Sequence record: PV400810.1
Source of the DNA: Pseudomonas phage vB_PaeM_GXNNA8
Direction: 5' to 3' (one strand)
Length of the DNA stretch: 64,000 bases
Of this stretch, positions 56,194-64,000 are shown one piece after another (the stretch's first letter is position 1; each line of letters begins with the position of its first letter). The notes under the pieces are model-generated. The model saw only the letters and a program-made list of their open reading frames with translations, had not been told where the DNA came from and ran no database searches. A program made the translations under genes and the position numbers.

Positions 56194-56623
56194 TTATGAG
56201 AGTGTCGTTAACCAGGCCCAAGTCGACTTCGTGACGGTAGAGACCGGGTAACCCTACAAAACTCCGCCAGAGTTCAAAGTACGTGGTATGAGGATCATCC
56301 TCCTTGAGGACGAGGGGGGTGCTGGGTTGAACAATCGGTTCCTGTTCCTCTGGGATCACCCCCAGCTTTTCCTGGAGAAGACTCACAACGATCTCAGGCG
56401 TTTCCTTATAAGTCACCTGGCTAATGTCCTGGGGAATCCCCTTTAGGAACTCTCCGAGATCCAAGCGTTCAATCAGGACACCCTGACGCAGTTCTCCATG
56501 GGGGATGTATTTGAACACCGCATCGTTAACCCTCGTAGTAATCCCAAACCGAGGGTTAATGTCAGTGTAACCACCCAATGCGGCTTTCACCACAACAGAT
56601 TGATTCAATAAGCTAAGCTGCAT
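56138..56623 (-). CDS. hypothetical protein (161 aa)
   Basis: ORF only. Confidence 0.5.
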   Translation of the reverse strand: MQLSLLNQSVVVKAALGGYTDINPRFGITTRVNDAVFKYIPHGELRQGVLIERLDLGEFLKGIPQDISQVTYKETPEIVVSLLQEKLGVIPEEQEPIVQPSTPLVLKEDDPHTTYFELWRSFVGLPGLYRHEVDLGLVNDTLIIDARYSTIYKGNVTVKVK

Positions 56624-56628
56624 AGCCT

Positions 56629-57696
56629 TTAGCTCCTTCTCTTCACAGCGGCTTCCAACACCGCGTAAACAGCGTTAGCACTCCGGTACACTTCCGTCTC
56701 CATGACTTTAAGACTCGCCATGGCATTACGAATCACGGCTTTCATTTCCTTGATGACAACCTGAGCTTCAGGAGACGCCTCTTTAACGTTCAGACTTGCC
56801 ATTAACGCCGTTACAAAGTCATTCTCCAACGAATGGACCTTAGTGTTCATGTCCTTGAGGGATTCTGTTAGACGATTGTGCTTGACCAGGAGTTCACGTA
56901 CCTGGGAGACATTGGTCTTAAAGGTCGCGTTCTTCACTCGATCATTCGACAAGACACCCAGTTCCCGCGTCAGGTTAATCGTCACGTCCACGGTGTTCTT
57001 ACCCACGACCAGGTCATCTTTAAACACCAGTGTGGCTTCCTGGTTCGCATTCACCCCTAACAGACCCTTAACCTCTTGGTAGAAGGCATTCCCCTTGGTA
57101 CTGAATTCCGTGTATTTCGAATGGTCAATCAGACGACCCAATTCCTTACAGAAGTTCCCTACACTCGAACTGTACCGTTCAATCGTCTTAATCCCACGCT
57201 CAATATCCCCGATGACGGTACCTACCCACCCCACATTCGACGGTAACCTGCCCGTTTTAGGGAAGATATAAAAGGCGGCTTTGGGATACGGAATGTCATC
57301 CTCCCGTACACCGTTGGCTTTAAGAGCGACCTCCAGTTCATCTCCTTTGTCTTTCAGGGCTTTCCCTTTGGTCCCAAAGAAACTCCAGATCCACTTAAAG
57401 AAATCCTTAACCACTTGAATGAGTTTACCGATACCGTGTTTAACGGAATCAATAAACCCCTCAGTACCGGTCGAAGCAGTCAACCGATTCTGATGTCGGT
57501 GGAGAACGTAGTTGTAGACACTTTCTAATCCACTGATCTTGTCGTTCTCTCTGGAGAGTGCAACCATAGTCGTTTCGTCGTTGACTAGATCATAACCCTC
57601 CCTATCCTCCTCATACTCTTCATACACCGTCGGTGAATTCACGTATCGGAGGGGTGCTACAGGATGCGTATTCATCGTTAACAACCTAATAGTCAA
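56629..57696 (-). CDS. hypothetical protein (355 aa)
   Basis: ORF only. Confidence 0.55.
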   Translation of the reverse strand: MTIRLLTMNTHPVAPLRYVNSPTVYEEYEEDREGYDLVNDETTMVALSRENDKISGLESVYNYVLHRHQNRLTASTGTEGFIDSVKHGIGKLIQVVKDFFKWIWSFFGTKGKALKDKGDELEVALKANGVREDDIPYPKAAFYIFPKTGRLPSNVGWVGTVIGDIERGIKTIERYSSSVGNFCKELGRLIDHSKYTEFSTKGNAFYQEVKGLLGVNANQEATLVFKDDLVVGKNTVDVTINLTRELGVLSNDRVKNATFKTNVSQVRELLVKHNRLTESLKDMNTKVHSLENDFVTALMASLNVKEASPEAQVVIKEMKAVIRNAMASLKVMETEVYRSANAVYAVLEAAVKRRS

Positions 57697-57739
57697 GTTG
57701 AGTACATAGCATCGAAATTACAGTATTGCGACATAAAGG

Positions 57740-57771
57740 CTACAGGTAGGGGGATATCCCCCTACCTGTAG
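57740..57771 (-). terminator. hairpin ctacaggtaggggg-atat-ccccctacctgtag (14 bp perfect)
   Basis: Directly follows the second codon-optimised gene. Confidence 0.65.
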
Positions 57772-57802
57772 TACCTCTAGGAATAGATCCTAACACTCGA
57801 CC

Positions 57803-59059
57803 TTACAGGTGAGCCGCAACCAGATCCAGCGATTGCTTGGCTTGGTAAGCCAGCAGACGGTTGACCGACTGGGTCAGGCTCGCACCGGTGCTGTACAGCG
57901 CGCGCACCAGTTTGATCGCCTTGTCAGCATCACCCTTGGCGTCTTTGTCACCACCTTTGGCGTTCAGGGTGCCGACGACACGGTCACGTTCAGCCTTGGA
58001 GAACTTCTGGCTGATCTTGCTGTCTTTCAGAACGAATACAGTAGCGCTCACAGTTTTCAGCAGGCTTTCCAGTTGTGCTTTGGTTGCCTTGACAGCCACT
58101 TCACCTTTGGCGAACTCGGCAGCGTCCTTGTTCTTGCCGAAGGACAGCTTGACGGAACGCGCGGCAGCCAGGACTTCTTCATCGGTATCGACCTTCTCTT
58201 CGTAGGTCAGGTAGATACCGAAGCCGGCACGTGCAGCCAGGACTTGACGCTTGTCACCGGAACCTTTCTCAGTGGCATTGCCACCGGTTTCTTTCACAAC
58301 GGCTTTGACGTCAGCGACCAGGCTGTTGTACGCAGTCTTGAACTGGGAGGCGTTGACACCGTCGAGGTTCTTGCCGATGTCGATGAAGGCCGGCAGGGAT
58401 TCGCTCAGGACTTTGGTAAACGGACCTTTGTCCAGGATGTCCGCGCCGTTCTTGGCATAGTCGACACCGATGTTCCATTTGCCCAGCTTGACTTTCTCTT
58501 TCAGCTTGTCGGCTTTACCGAGTTTGTCGGCGAGCTGAGCACGACGACGGTCGATACCGGCAGCGGTGCTGAACAGACCCACGAAGAAGTTGATGACGGT
58601 GTTGAAGATCGCCTTGATGAACTCGGCGGCTTTCTTACCGGCATTCTTCACGGTGTCCATGAAGGCTTCAACGCCGGTCACCGAAGCGATCTTGGCGGTG
58701 GCAGCGTCGGAGATGGATTCCGCACCCAGGCGTTCGAAGGATTGGCCGCCCAGCTTGGCGTTCAGACGCAGGGCCTTGTTGTAGCTGTGAGCGAAACCAA
58801 CGGAGCTGAACTGACCCGAGCTCAGCATGCTTTCCAGGCCTTCGACTTCTTCAGCCAGTTCTTCGACGACTTCTTCGTGCTCTTCCAGGTCATCACGCAG
58901 TTCTTCGACTTCAGCCGCGACCTGTTCTACCTCTGCCACAACCTCGGCGATGTCAGCACGCACTTCTTCGACAGCGGCTTCGGTCACACCATCTTCGAGG
59001 TTGTCCGCGCCGTTCTCCAGAAGCTCTTCCATGCCAGTGTAGCGATCGAGAATACTCAT
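57803..59059 (-). CDS. highly expressed-looking acidic coiled-coil plus Lys/Ala-rich protein (scaffold or internal head protein are guesses); start ATG at 59059 (MSILDRYTGMEELLE...)
   Basis: Codon usage matches that of the capsid gene. The N-terminus is EEL...EEVRADIAEVVAEVEQVAAEVEELRDDLEEHEEVVEELAEEVEGLE. An AAGGA Shine-Dalgarno sits 8 nt upstream. The antisense 424-aa ORF was rejected. Confidence 0.55.
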   Translation of the reverse strand: MSILDRYTGMEELLENGADNLEDGVTEAAVEEVRADIAEVVAEVEQVAAEVEELRDDLEEHEEVVEELAEEVEGLESMLSSGQFSSVGFAHSYNKALRLNAKLGGQSFERLGAESISDAATAKIASVTGVEAFMDTVKNAGKKAAEFIKAIFNTVINFFVGLFSTAAGIDRRRAQLADKLGKADKLKEKVKLGKWNIGVDYAKNGADILDKGPFTKVLSESLPAFIDIGKNLDGVNASQFKTAYNSLVADVKAVVKETGGNATEKGSGDKRQVLAARAGFGIYLTYEEKVDTDEEVLAAARSVKLSFGKNKDAAEFAKGEVAVKATKAQLESLLKTVSATVFVLKDSKISQKFSKAERDRVVGTLNAKGGDKDAKGDADKAIKLVRALYSTGASLTQSVNRLLAYQAKQSLDLVAAHL

Positions 59060-59074
59060 GAGTTGTTTCCTTTG

Positions 59075-59110
59075 TTTCGTTAACGAAATGAAATGATTGT
59101 TTATAAACAA
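59075..59110 (-). promoter_or_regulatory. two perfect palindromes upstream of the acidic protein gene: tttcgttaacgaaa (59075-59088) and ttgtttaTAAACAA (59097-59110)
   Basis: The dyad half-site TTGTTT/AAACAA is shared with the palindrome upstream of the capsid gene. Confidence 0.45.
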
Positions 59111-59111
59111 A

Positions 59112-60203
59112 TCAAGCGAATACCCCAAGTACACCATGAATGTACTTATCGGTATAACCGACCACACGAGGAGTGAATCCGCTATAAAATGCGAGCGCTC
59201 CCATGTTTCCAGCCATCAGCTTCTCAGCTTCGCCTATTACCGTCTTACTCACTTGATCCAATTGACTCAAGTTACCATCAACACCTTTGACCATTTCTGC
59301 CCAAGATTTGATGAATCCGAGATAACTCTCATACGATGCCTTAACCCGCAAGTGCAACGCATTGACCTTCCCGAGTTTATTCAGGATGTCAGTGACCTCG
59401 GTTTTAGACAGGTTCAGGGTCACCCCTTCCCCTTCATGCGGTTCACCCCCAATGGAATACACCGCAGGTTTATCGTCTTCTTCCTGTTTGAAGAGGAAGA
59501 AACGACCACCCGGTAGCACCTCAGACTTATACGCCTTATCCAACCGGTCAGCGAACTTCATAACGGGATATTCCAACCCGTTGAACGCATCAATGACCTT
59601 GTGAATGTCTTCGGACTTCTTAGCCGATTTCAACTGCTTCAAGGTCACCAATTCACGGTCCAAGAACCCCATCAGGTCTTTGGCGTGTTGTTCAACGACT
59701 TCGAGGTCCTTAACCAGAAGATCCATGTCGTGGAGAATACGGTCAGGGTTACCCGTCGCAGTAATCAGTCCAATCTTCTTGCCAGTAACCTGAATATCTT
59801 TGTCAGCCACCTTACCAGCGTCTTTAAGGACATTTTTAATAAGTCCTTGATTGTCATTGAAACTCTTATTCAGTTGATTACCTGCGGTCGTCATACCACG
59901 AATAAAGCCATCAATCGCTTTACCCCCGACCCATTTACTCACACTGAACAAACCCCGACCCACCGAAGACAAGCTGTCCATGGCGGCTTCTTTCAACGCC
60001 TCACTGCCCTCGACATCATCCATTCCCATGATACTGCCCAACTCAAGGAGTTCTGAGTGAGCCTGCATCAGGTCCTGGTGTTGTTCGAGGGCATCAACGT
60101 ATTGGCTTTTATAACCCGCGCTCATACCCTCACCCCGCTTAGTCCAGGCTTTCTTCGTAAAGCCCAATGGAATCGTTACAGATAGACACCATCCCGTTGA
60201 CAA
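59112..60203 (-). CDS. hypothetical protein (363 aa; start possibly the internal Met near 60125)
   Basis: ORF only. Confidence 0.5.
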   Translation of the reverse strand: MSTGWCLSVTIPLGFTKKAWTKRGEGMSAGYKSQYVDALEQHQDLMQAHSELLELGSIMGMDDVEGSEALKEAAMDSLSSVGRGLFSVSKWVGGKAIDGFIRGMTTAGNQLNKSFNDNQGLIKNVLKDAGKVADKDIQVTGKKIGLITATGNPDRILHDMDLLVKDLEVVEQHAKDLMGFLDRELVTLKQLKSAKKSEDIHKVIDAFNGLEYPVMKFADRLDKAYKSEVLPGGRFFLFKQEEDDKPAVYSIGGEPHEGEGVTLNLSKTEVTDILNKLGKVNALHLRVKASYESYLGFIKSWAEMVKGVDGNLSQLDQVSKTVIGEAEKLMAGNMGALAFYSGFTPRVVGYTDKYIHGVLGVFA

Positions 60204-61449
60204 TCAGAGTGAGGTAGTTCGAGACCTCAGCGCGAATACCCAAGAGCTCGGTTTGGTTCTTACGAACGACTTTAGCGAACGTCTTCGACAACACCGTCTT
60301 CGCCTCATCACTGATATCGGCTTCCAGGAAACCTTTAATGATGTCGTTGTAATCCGAATCCGTTACGCGGTAGGTCTCCGCCATCTCAAAGACCTTACCC
60401 CAGTCTTTCAAGAGCTGGCGCAGGAGTTTGATGACGGTCTTAATGTCTTCACTCGACAACGCCTTCACTTCAGCCCCAACATCCCGAAGGGTATACTCTT
60501 CGTTGTTATCGAAACCGGTGTGATCAATTTCAGTGTAACGGATCACAAAGTCTTGAATGTCGTCAGGGTTCTTCAGGATCACCGGTTTAACGGTACTGCG
60601 AACATCGTAGAAGTATGCACCGCCCATCAGCTCGACCGACCGTTTAGCCACCACGTTAGGTCCCGAACGGCGTTTATCCGGATAAGTACATTCCTTAAAC
60701 GGCGTTGATGGCAGACTCACCGGCATCATGCAGAGGCGTTCATCCACTTCCACTTGGGTCAGACCTGAGAACCCACCGAAGTAACTGAACGATGCCGCCA
60801 ACGCATTCTTGCTGTTGAGGTAGTAGTTATTACTCAGACCCGACAGGGTTTGATTGAGCTTGGTCAGGTTACCCACCCAGTTCTCATCCACTTTACCGTT
60901 GATCTTAAACCGGTTAAAGAGACGGTGACCCAGGATAAAGGTACCTTGACTCCCAAACTTCTCAACAGAGGACAACCGGGTTTCCAGCAGGTCAATCTGC
61001 TTACTCAGACTCTCCTGGGATTCCATAAAGAGAACGTACGAATCCCGGAAGAAGGTCCCAATCAAACTGACTACTTCCCGGGAGCTCTTAAAGAAGTCGC
61101 TCAGGAAGCTCTCACAGCCCGCTAGACGCGTTGCAAGGTACGCCTTAGGGAGAAGGGTAAGCCCCAAGGCTTCCGCCCCTTCTACGGCCTCTGGGAGGGC
61201 TTCTGCGGCAATCAGGTCTTTATCGAGCTGTTCAGCCAGCTCCGGCGTCACCTCGTGGGCTTCCAGGGTGTTCAACGTGCGTTGGACTTCAATCACGCGA
61301 TCGAACAGATCATCGAGGCTGTTCTGGTACTCCGACAGTTCCGCCGTGGAACGGGCGGCTTCCACGATCTCCTGGGATTTGACTGCACTGACCGCAGCCA
61401 TTTCAGCAGCCAACGTCTTTTCATCATCATTCATTGCACTCTTCTCCAC
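60139..61449 (-). CDS. hypothetical protein (436 aa)
   Basis: ORF only. Confidence 0.55.
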   Translation of the reverse strand: MEKSAMNDDEKTLAAEMAAVSAVKSQEIVEAARSTAELSEYQNSLDDLFDRVIEVQRTLNTLEAHEVTPELAEQLDKDLIAAEALPEAVEGAEALGLTLLPKAYLATRLAGCESFLSDFFKSSREVVSLIGTFFRDSYVLFMESQESLSKQIDLLETRLSSVEKFGSQGTFILGHRLFNRFKINGKVDENWVGNLTKLNQTLSGLSNNYYLNSKNALAASFSYFGGFSGLTQVEVDERLCMMPVSLPSTPFKECTYPDKRRSGPNVVAKRSVELMGGAYFYDVRSTVKPVILKNPDDIQDFVIRYTEIDHTGFDNNEEYTLRDVGAEVKALSSEDIKTVIKLLRQLLKDWGKVFEMAETYRVTDSDYNDIIKGFLEADISDEAKTVLSKTFAKVVRKNQTELLGIRAEVSNYLTLIVNGMVSICNDSIGLYEESLD

Positions 61450-61456
61450 CTAAGGG

Positions 61457-62062
61457 TCAGCTGTAGTAATTCTCACCGCCCAGTAGCAACAAGGTCCGCC
61501 CTACATTGGAAGGACTGATACCGGACATTAGGCGATAGAGATCGTAGTCGTGGACGATGTAGCCGTCTTCCAGGAGCGGAAGCGGACTGCCCGTGGTTTG
61601 GGTTTGGCGGTAGGTCGCTTTACGTACTTTCGACGCACTCAGGAGTTTACGCTCCTCAATACGAAGCGACGTAATCAGCGAGTGGTGACCCATACGCCCA
61701 TTGAGGTAATGAACAATGTCTTTGATCAATCCTGCAATAGGTCCACGGCCACTGTCGTAGTTGGCTTCCATGAACTGACGGAAACTGGGACCCACCAACC
61801 GAGTGACATCCCGAATGGTTTCAATGGCCACATGACCTTTGATGACCAATTCGAAATCACTGTACGCATCCTTCCGGAGGAGATTGAGGTTAGTAAAGGC
61901 CTCCGTCATCTCCGCATCCGTCAGCTTTGCGTTCACAAACCCATTGGGGGAGCGACGAAAACTATTCATAGCGTCTCTCGATGGTTTCAATGGTGTTAAC
62001 GTTCTTGATGATCTCGTCCTGAAGCACCTCGATCTGACGATCGATTTCAGCATCGTTGACAC
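61457..62062 (-). CDS. hypothetical protein (201 aa; start uncertain)
   Basis: ORF only. Confidence 0.45.
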   Translation of the reverse strand: MSTMLKSIVRSRCFRTRSSRTLTPLKPSRDAMNSFRRSPNGFVNAKLTDAEMTEAFTNLNLLRKDAYSDFELVIKGHVAIETIRDVTRLVGPSFRQFMEANYDSGRGPIAGLIKDIVHYLNGRMGHHSLITSLRIEERKLLSASKVRKATYRQTQTTGSPLPLLEDGYIVHDYDLYRLMSGISPSNVGRTLLLLGGENYYS

Positions 62063-62846
62063 CGTTCTTCATGTTCACGGCTTTCGAGATCTTCATGGCG
62101 AAGAGTTCGTTGTCCCGACGCATCTTCTCGATACGTGCAATGTTCAGGTTCATGTTCGCCAAACTGATCCAATACTTCGGATTCAGCAAATGGACCCCAA
62201 AGCCTCGCTTCAGGTAATCCGGAGCGGCTTTAGGGTCAGTGGCTTCCAGAACAGCCAACGAGGTTTCATTGACTTCCACGTCCGGAAGATCATCCAGACC
62301 CTCCAGGAGACGACGAGAGCCTTTCAGGAGGTCCAAGGTAACCGACTTGTAGAACTCCAGGGTCCCATTCACCAGTTTCAAGTCGGCCTTATCCAAGGCC
62401 TTCTCAGGGGTGGTGACCGACTGGTTGTTCAAGTCCAGCAGAACATTGTAGACCATATTGGTGTATTTCAACCAATACTCCATGTGTTCCATCAGGTTCA
62501 GGATATTGACTTGACGCAAGGTCAGGAGCTTACCGTCCCAGACTTCGTCTTTATACCCATTCACCCGTTTCGTTAACTCGGGGACCAAACTGATAATCGT
62601 TTCACACGATCCCCGGGTAGCACCCACCAAGCCTACACCCCGGTACCCGTTATTGTCCAGTTCACGAACAATACTCTTGGTAATCACCCACTGATTGATT
62701 TCATGGCTCAAATCCACCTTATTCGCCACCATTCGTTCGAGGTTCGAAATCAGGTCGTTACTGGCCACCGTGAGGGTAGTGAGTTTGGTTATCAGTTCGT
62801 TCTTCTTGAACGTCTTAACACCCTTCACGTATTCAAAGATATTCAT
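61962..62846 (-). CDS. hypothetical protein (294 aa)
   Basis: ORF only. Confidence 0.5.
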   Translation of the reverse strand: MNIFEYVKGVKTFKKNELITKLTTLTVASNDLISNLERMVANKVDLSHEINQWVITKSIVRELDNNGYRGVGLVGATRGSCETIISLVPELTKRVNGYKDEVWDGKLLTLRQVNILNLMEHMEYWLKYTNMVYNVLLDLNNQSVTTPEKALDKADLKLVNGTLEFYKSVTLDLLKGSRRLLEGLDDLPDVEVNETSLAVLEATDPKAAPDYLKRGFGVHLLNPKYWISLANMNLNIARIEKMRRDNELFAMKISKAVNMKNGVNDAEIDRQIEVLQDEIIKNVNTIETIERRYE

Positions 62847-63940
62847 TAGAGACCCCCGTTGAGCAATTTAACGAGATCTTGTAGCGTGTTCGCAGAGCCT
62901 TCTTTCTTGGACTTAACGGACAAGTCTCGACGTGTGTAAACTTCCGGCATGGTTTGACCATCGGTGTAGAACGTGAAAATACCCCGGTCATCATTCACGA
63001 TAACGAGGGTATTCGCCGAAATACTCTCGAAGATTTTTTCACGGCTAACCGGGTCCGCAAACTTACGACCGATTTCCAGTTCGAGCTGAGTCGCCGTATC
63101 CTGAGTGATGATGACCGTGTTCGCCATGGAGTTCATGCTAATGATACCCGTGCGAATCGCTTCCAGCTTATTCTGGGTATCCCGCTTCATGGCTTCCTTG
63201 TAATACCCAGAGGTATCACCCATCTTCGCTTTAAAACGGGCTTTAACGATGTCACTACCATCAAACCACTGAGGCGTGGTGATCTCGCCACTCTTCTTCA
63301 TGATCCACCGCATCTTCAACCCTTCATCGGGTTTAGCGGCAGAGAAGAGGGTCACCAGGTTCTCATGGGTCACCGGGATCGGGATCTGACGGATAGTAAG
63401 GGGAACTTCGATCTTGTTACCATTCGCTCCGTAGAGCGTGGCGTTCACCACTTTACCCACCGCCAGGGGGGTGAACTCCATCAGTTCACTGTAGGTCTTG
63501 CCATTGACTTGAACTTGGTTCGGGGTAGCCGGGTCTTTGGGTTTGATGTTGTTATCCATCGCTTCCAGTCCCGAGAAGAGACTCATCATCCCACCGCGGT
63601 TGGGACTGATGCTCCCGATGAGGTTCTCTACCTTAACCCCCACTTCCACGGAATTCTGCAACGCGAGGTGAGTCAGTGTTGCGGTAATATCCCGTAGGGT
63701 CACCACTGTCATGAGATCCGGGGTGTATTCCTGGTGGATAAGGGACCCCTCAATGGCGACCATCGGATTCAAAATAGTGCGGGCTGCACTACGTTGTACC
63801 GAGCTCGTGGAAATCACATTGTATGAATGTTTGGCCCGGTCCGTTACTTGGGCCGCCGAGGCAATATCCTTGCTCTCAGGATACAGCTGCTTGGCGATGT
63901 CCAAGAAGAAGGAACCTAGAGACAATACTTGTCCTATCAT
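62846..63940 (-). CDS. hypothetical protein (364 aa)
   Basis: Stop/start overlaps the neighbouring gene by 1 nt. Confidence 0.55.
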   Translation of the reverse strand: MIGQVLSLGSFFLDIAKQLYPESKDIASAAQVTDRAKHSYNVISTSSVQRSAARTILNPMVAIEGSLIHQEYTPDLMTVVTLRDITATLTHLALQNSVEVGVKVENLIGSISPNRGGMMSLFSGLEAMDNNIKPKDPATPNQVQVNGKTYSELMEFTPLAVGKVVNATLYGANGNKIEVPLTIRQIPIPVTHENLVTLFSAAKPDEGLKMRWIMKKSGEITTPQWFDGSDIVKARFKAKMGDTSGYYKEAMKRDTQNKLEAIRTGIISMNSMANTVIITQDTATQLELEIGRKFADPVSREKIFESISANTLVIVNDDRGIFTFYTDGQTMPEVYTRRDLSVKSKKEGSANTLQDLVKLLNGGL

Positions 63941-64000
63941 GATAAACCCCTGATCACTTTAAGGTAATAAACAATGGCTGAAGACCCGAATAATTACGAC

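Noticed and set aside
57809-59083. 424-aa plus-strand ORF
   Set aside because: It lies antisense to the second codon-optimised gene, for the same reason as above.
1-64000. CRISPR arrays, rRNA, integrase/attachment sites and IS elements
   Set aside because: No regularly spaced direct repeats, no rRNA-like stretches and no transposase or integrase-like ORFs were seen. The short direct repeats present are the hairpin and promoter motifs described above.

Overview
The window reads as a contiguous segment of a large tailed dsDNA bacteriophage genome, myovirus-like and possibly a jumbo phage, not bacterial chromosome. It holds about 60 tightly packed genes, roughly 85% on the minus strand, with many 1-4 nt stop/start overlaps that suggest translational coupling, GC-rich intergenic hairpins and no rRNA or CRISPR. 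Calls made from sequence motifs alone: a Rad50/SbcC-like ATPase; a gpV/gp5-like central spike with an octapeptide beta-helix and an HxH tip; three paralogous fibre-like proteins (two about 1190 aa plus one N-domain-only copy); an overlapped i-spanin/o-spanin pair; a RuvC-like resolvase; a sigma-region-4-like HTH protein; tRNA-Thr(CGU) with encoded CCA; a DnaB-like helicase; a ParB-like protein; a probable major capsid protein of about 742 aa; and an acidic/Lys-rich protein that shares the capsid gene's unusually 'optimal' codon usage. A 15 kb minus-strand block (49.0-63.9 kb) and 36.9-42.0 kb contain large unassigned, probably virion, proteins. Hunt highlights: (i) an 18-nt motif ATTTTAAACCTA[C/G]ATTAT (coding-strand sense) occurs 3 times plus one variant 22-72 nt upstream of minus-strand start codons, and 3 of the 4 sit just downstream of a hairpin, suggesting terminator-promoter cassettes. 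(ii) A family of at least 11 perfect GC hairpins is built on CCTACC/GGTAGG. (iii) TTGTTT/AAACAA palindromes lie upstream of the two codon-optimised genes. (iv) There are two structured non-coding islands, 25608-25976 and 48703-49018, the latter with a GATC cluster. (v) The accessory region at 25.9-36.7 kb carries two paralogous 260-aa proteins, an octapeptide-repeat protein, an SspB-like candidate and a very acidic small protein. All product calls are motif-level inferences without database searches.
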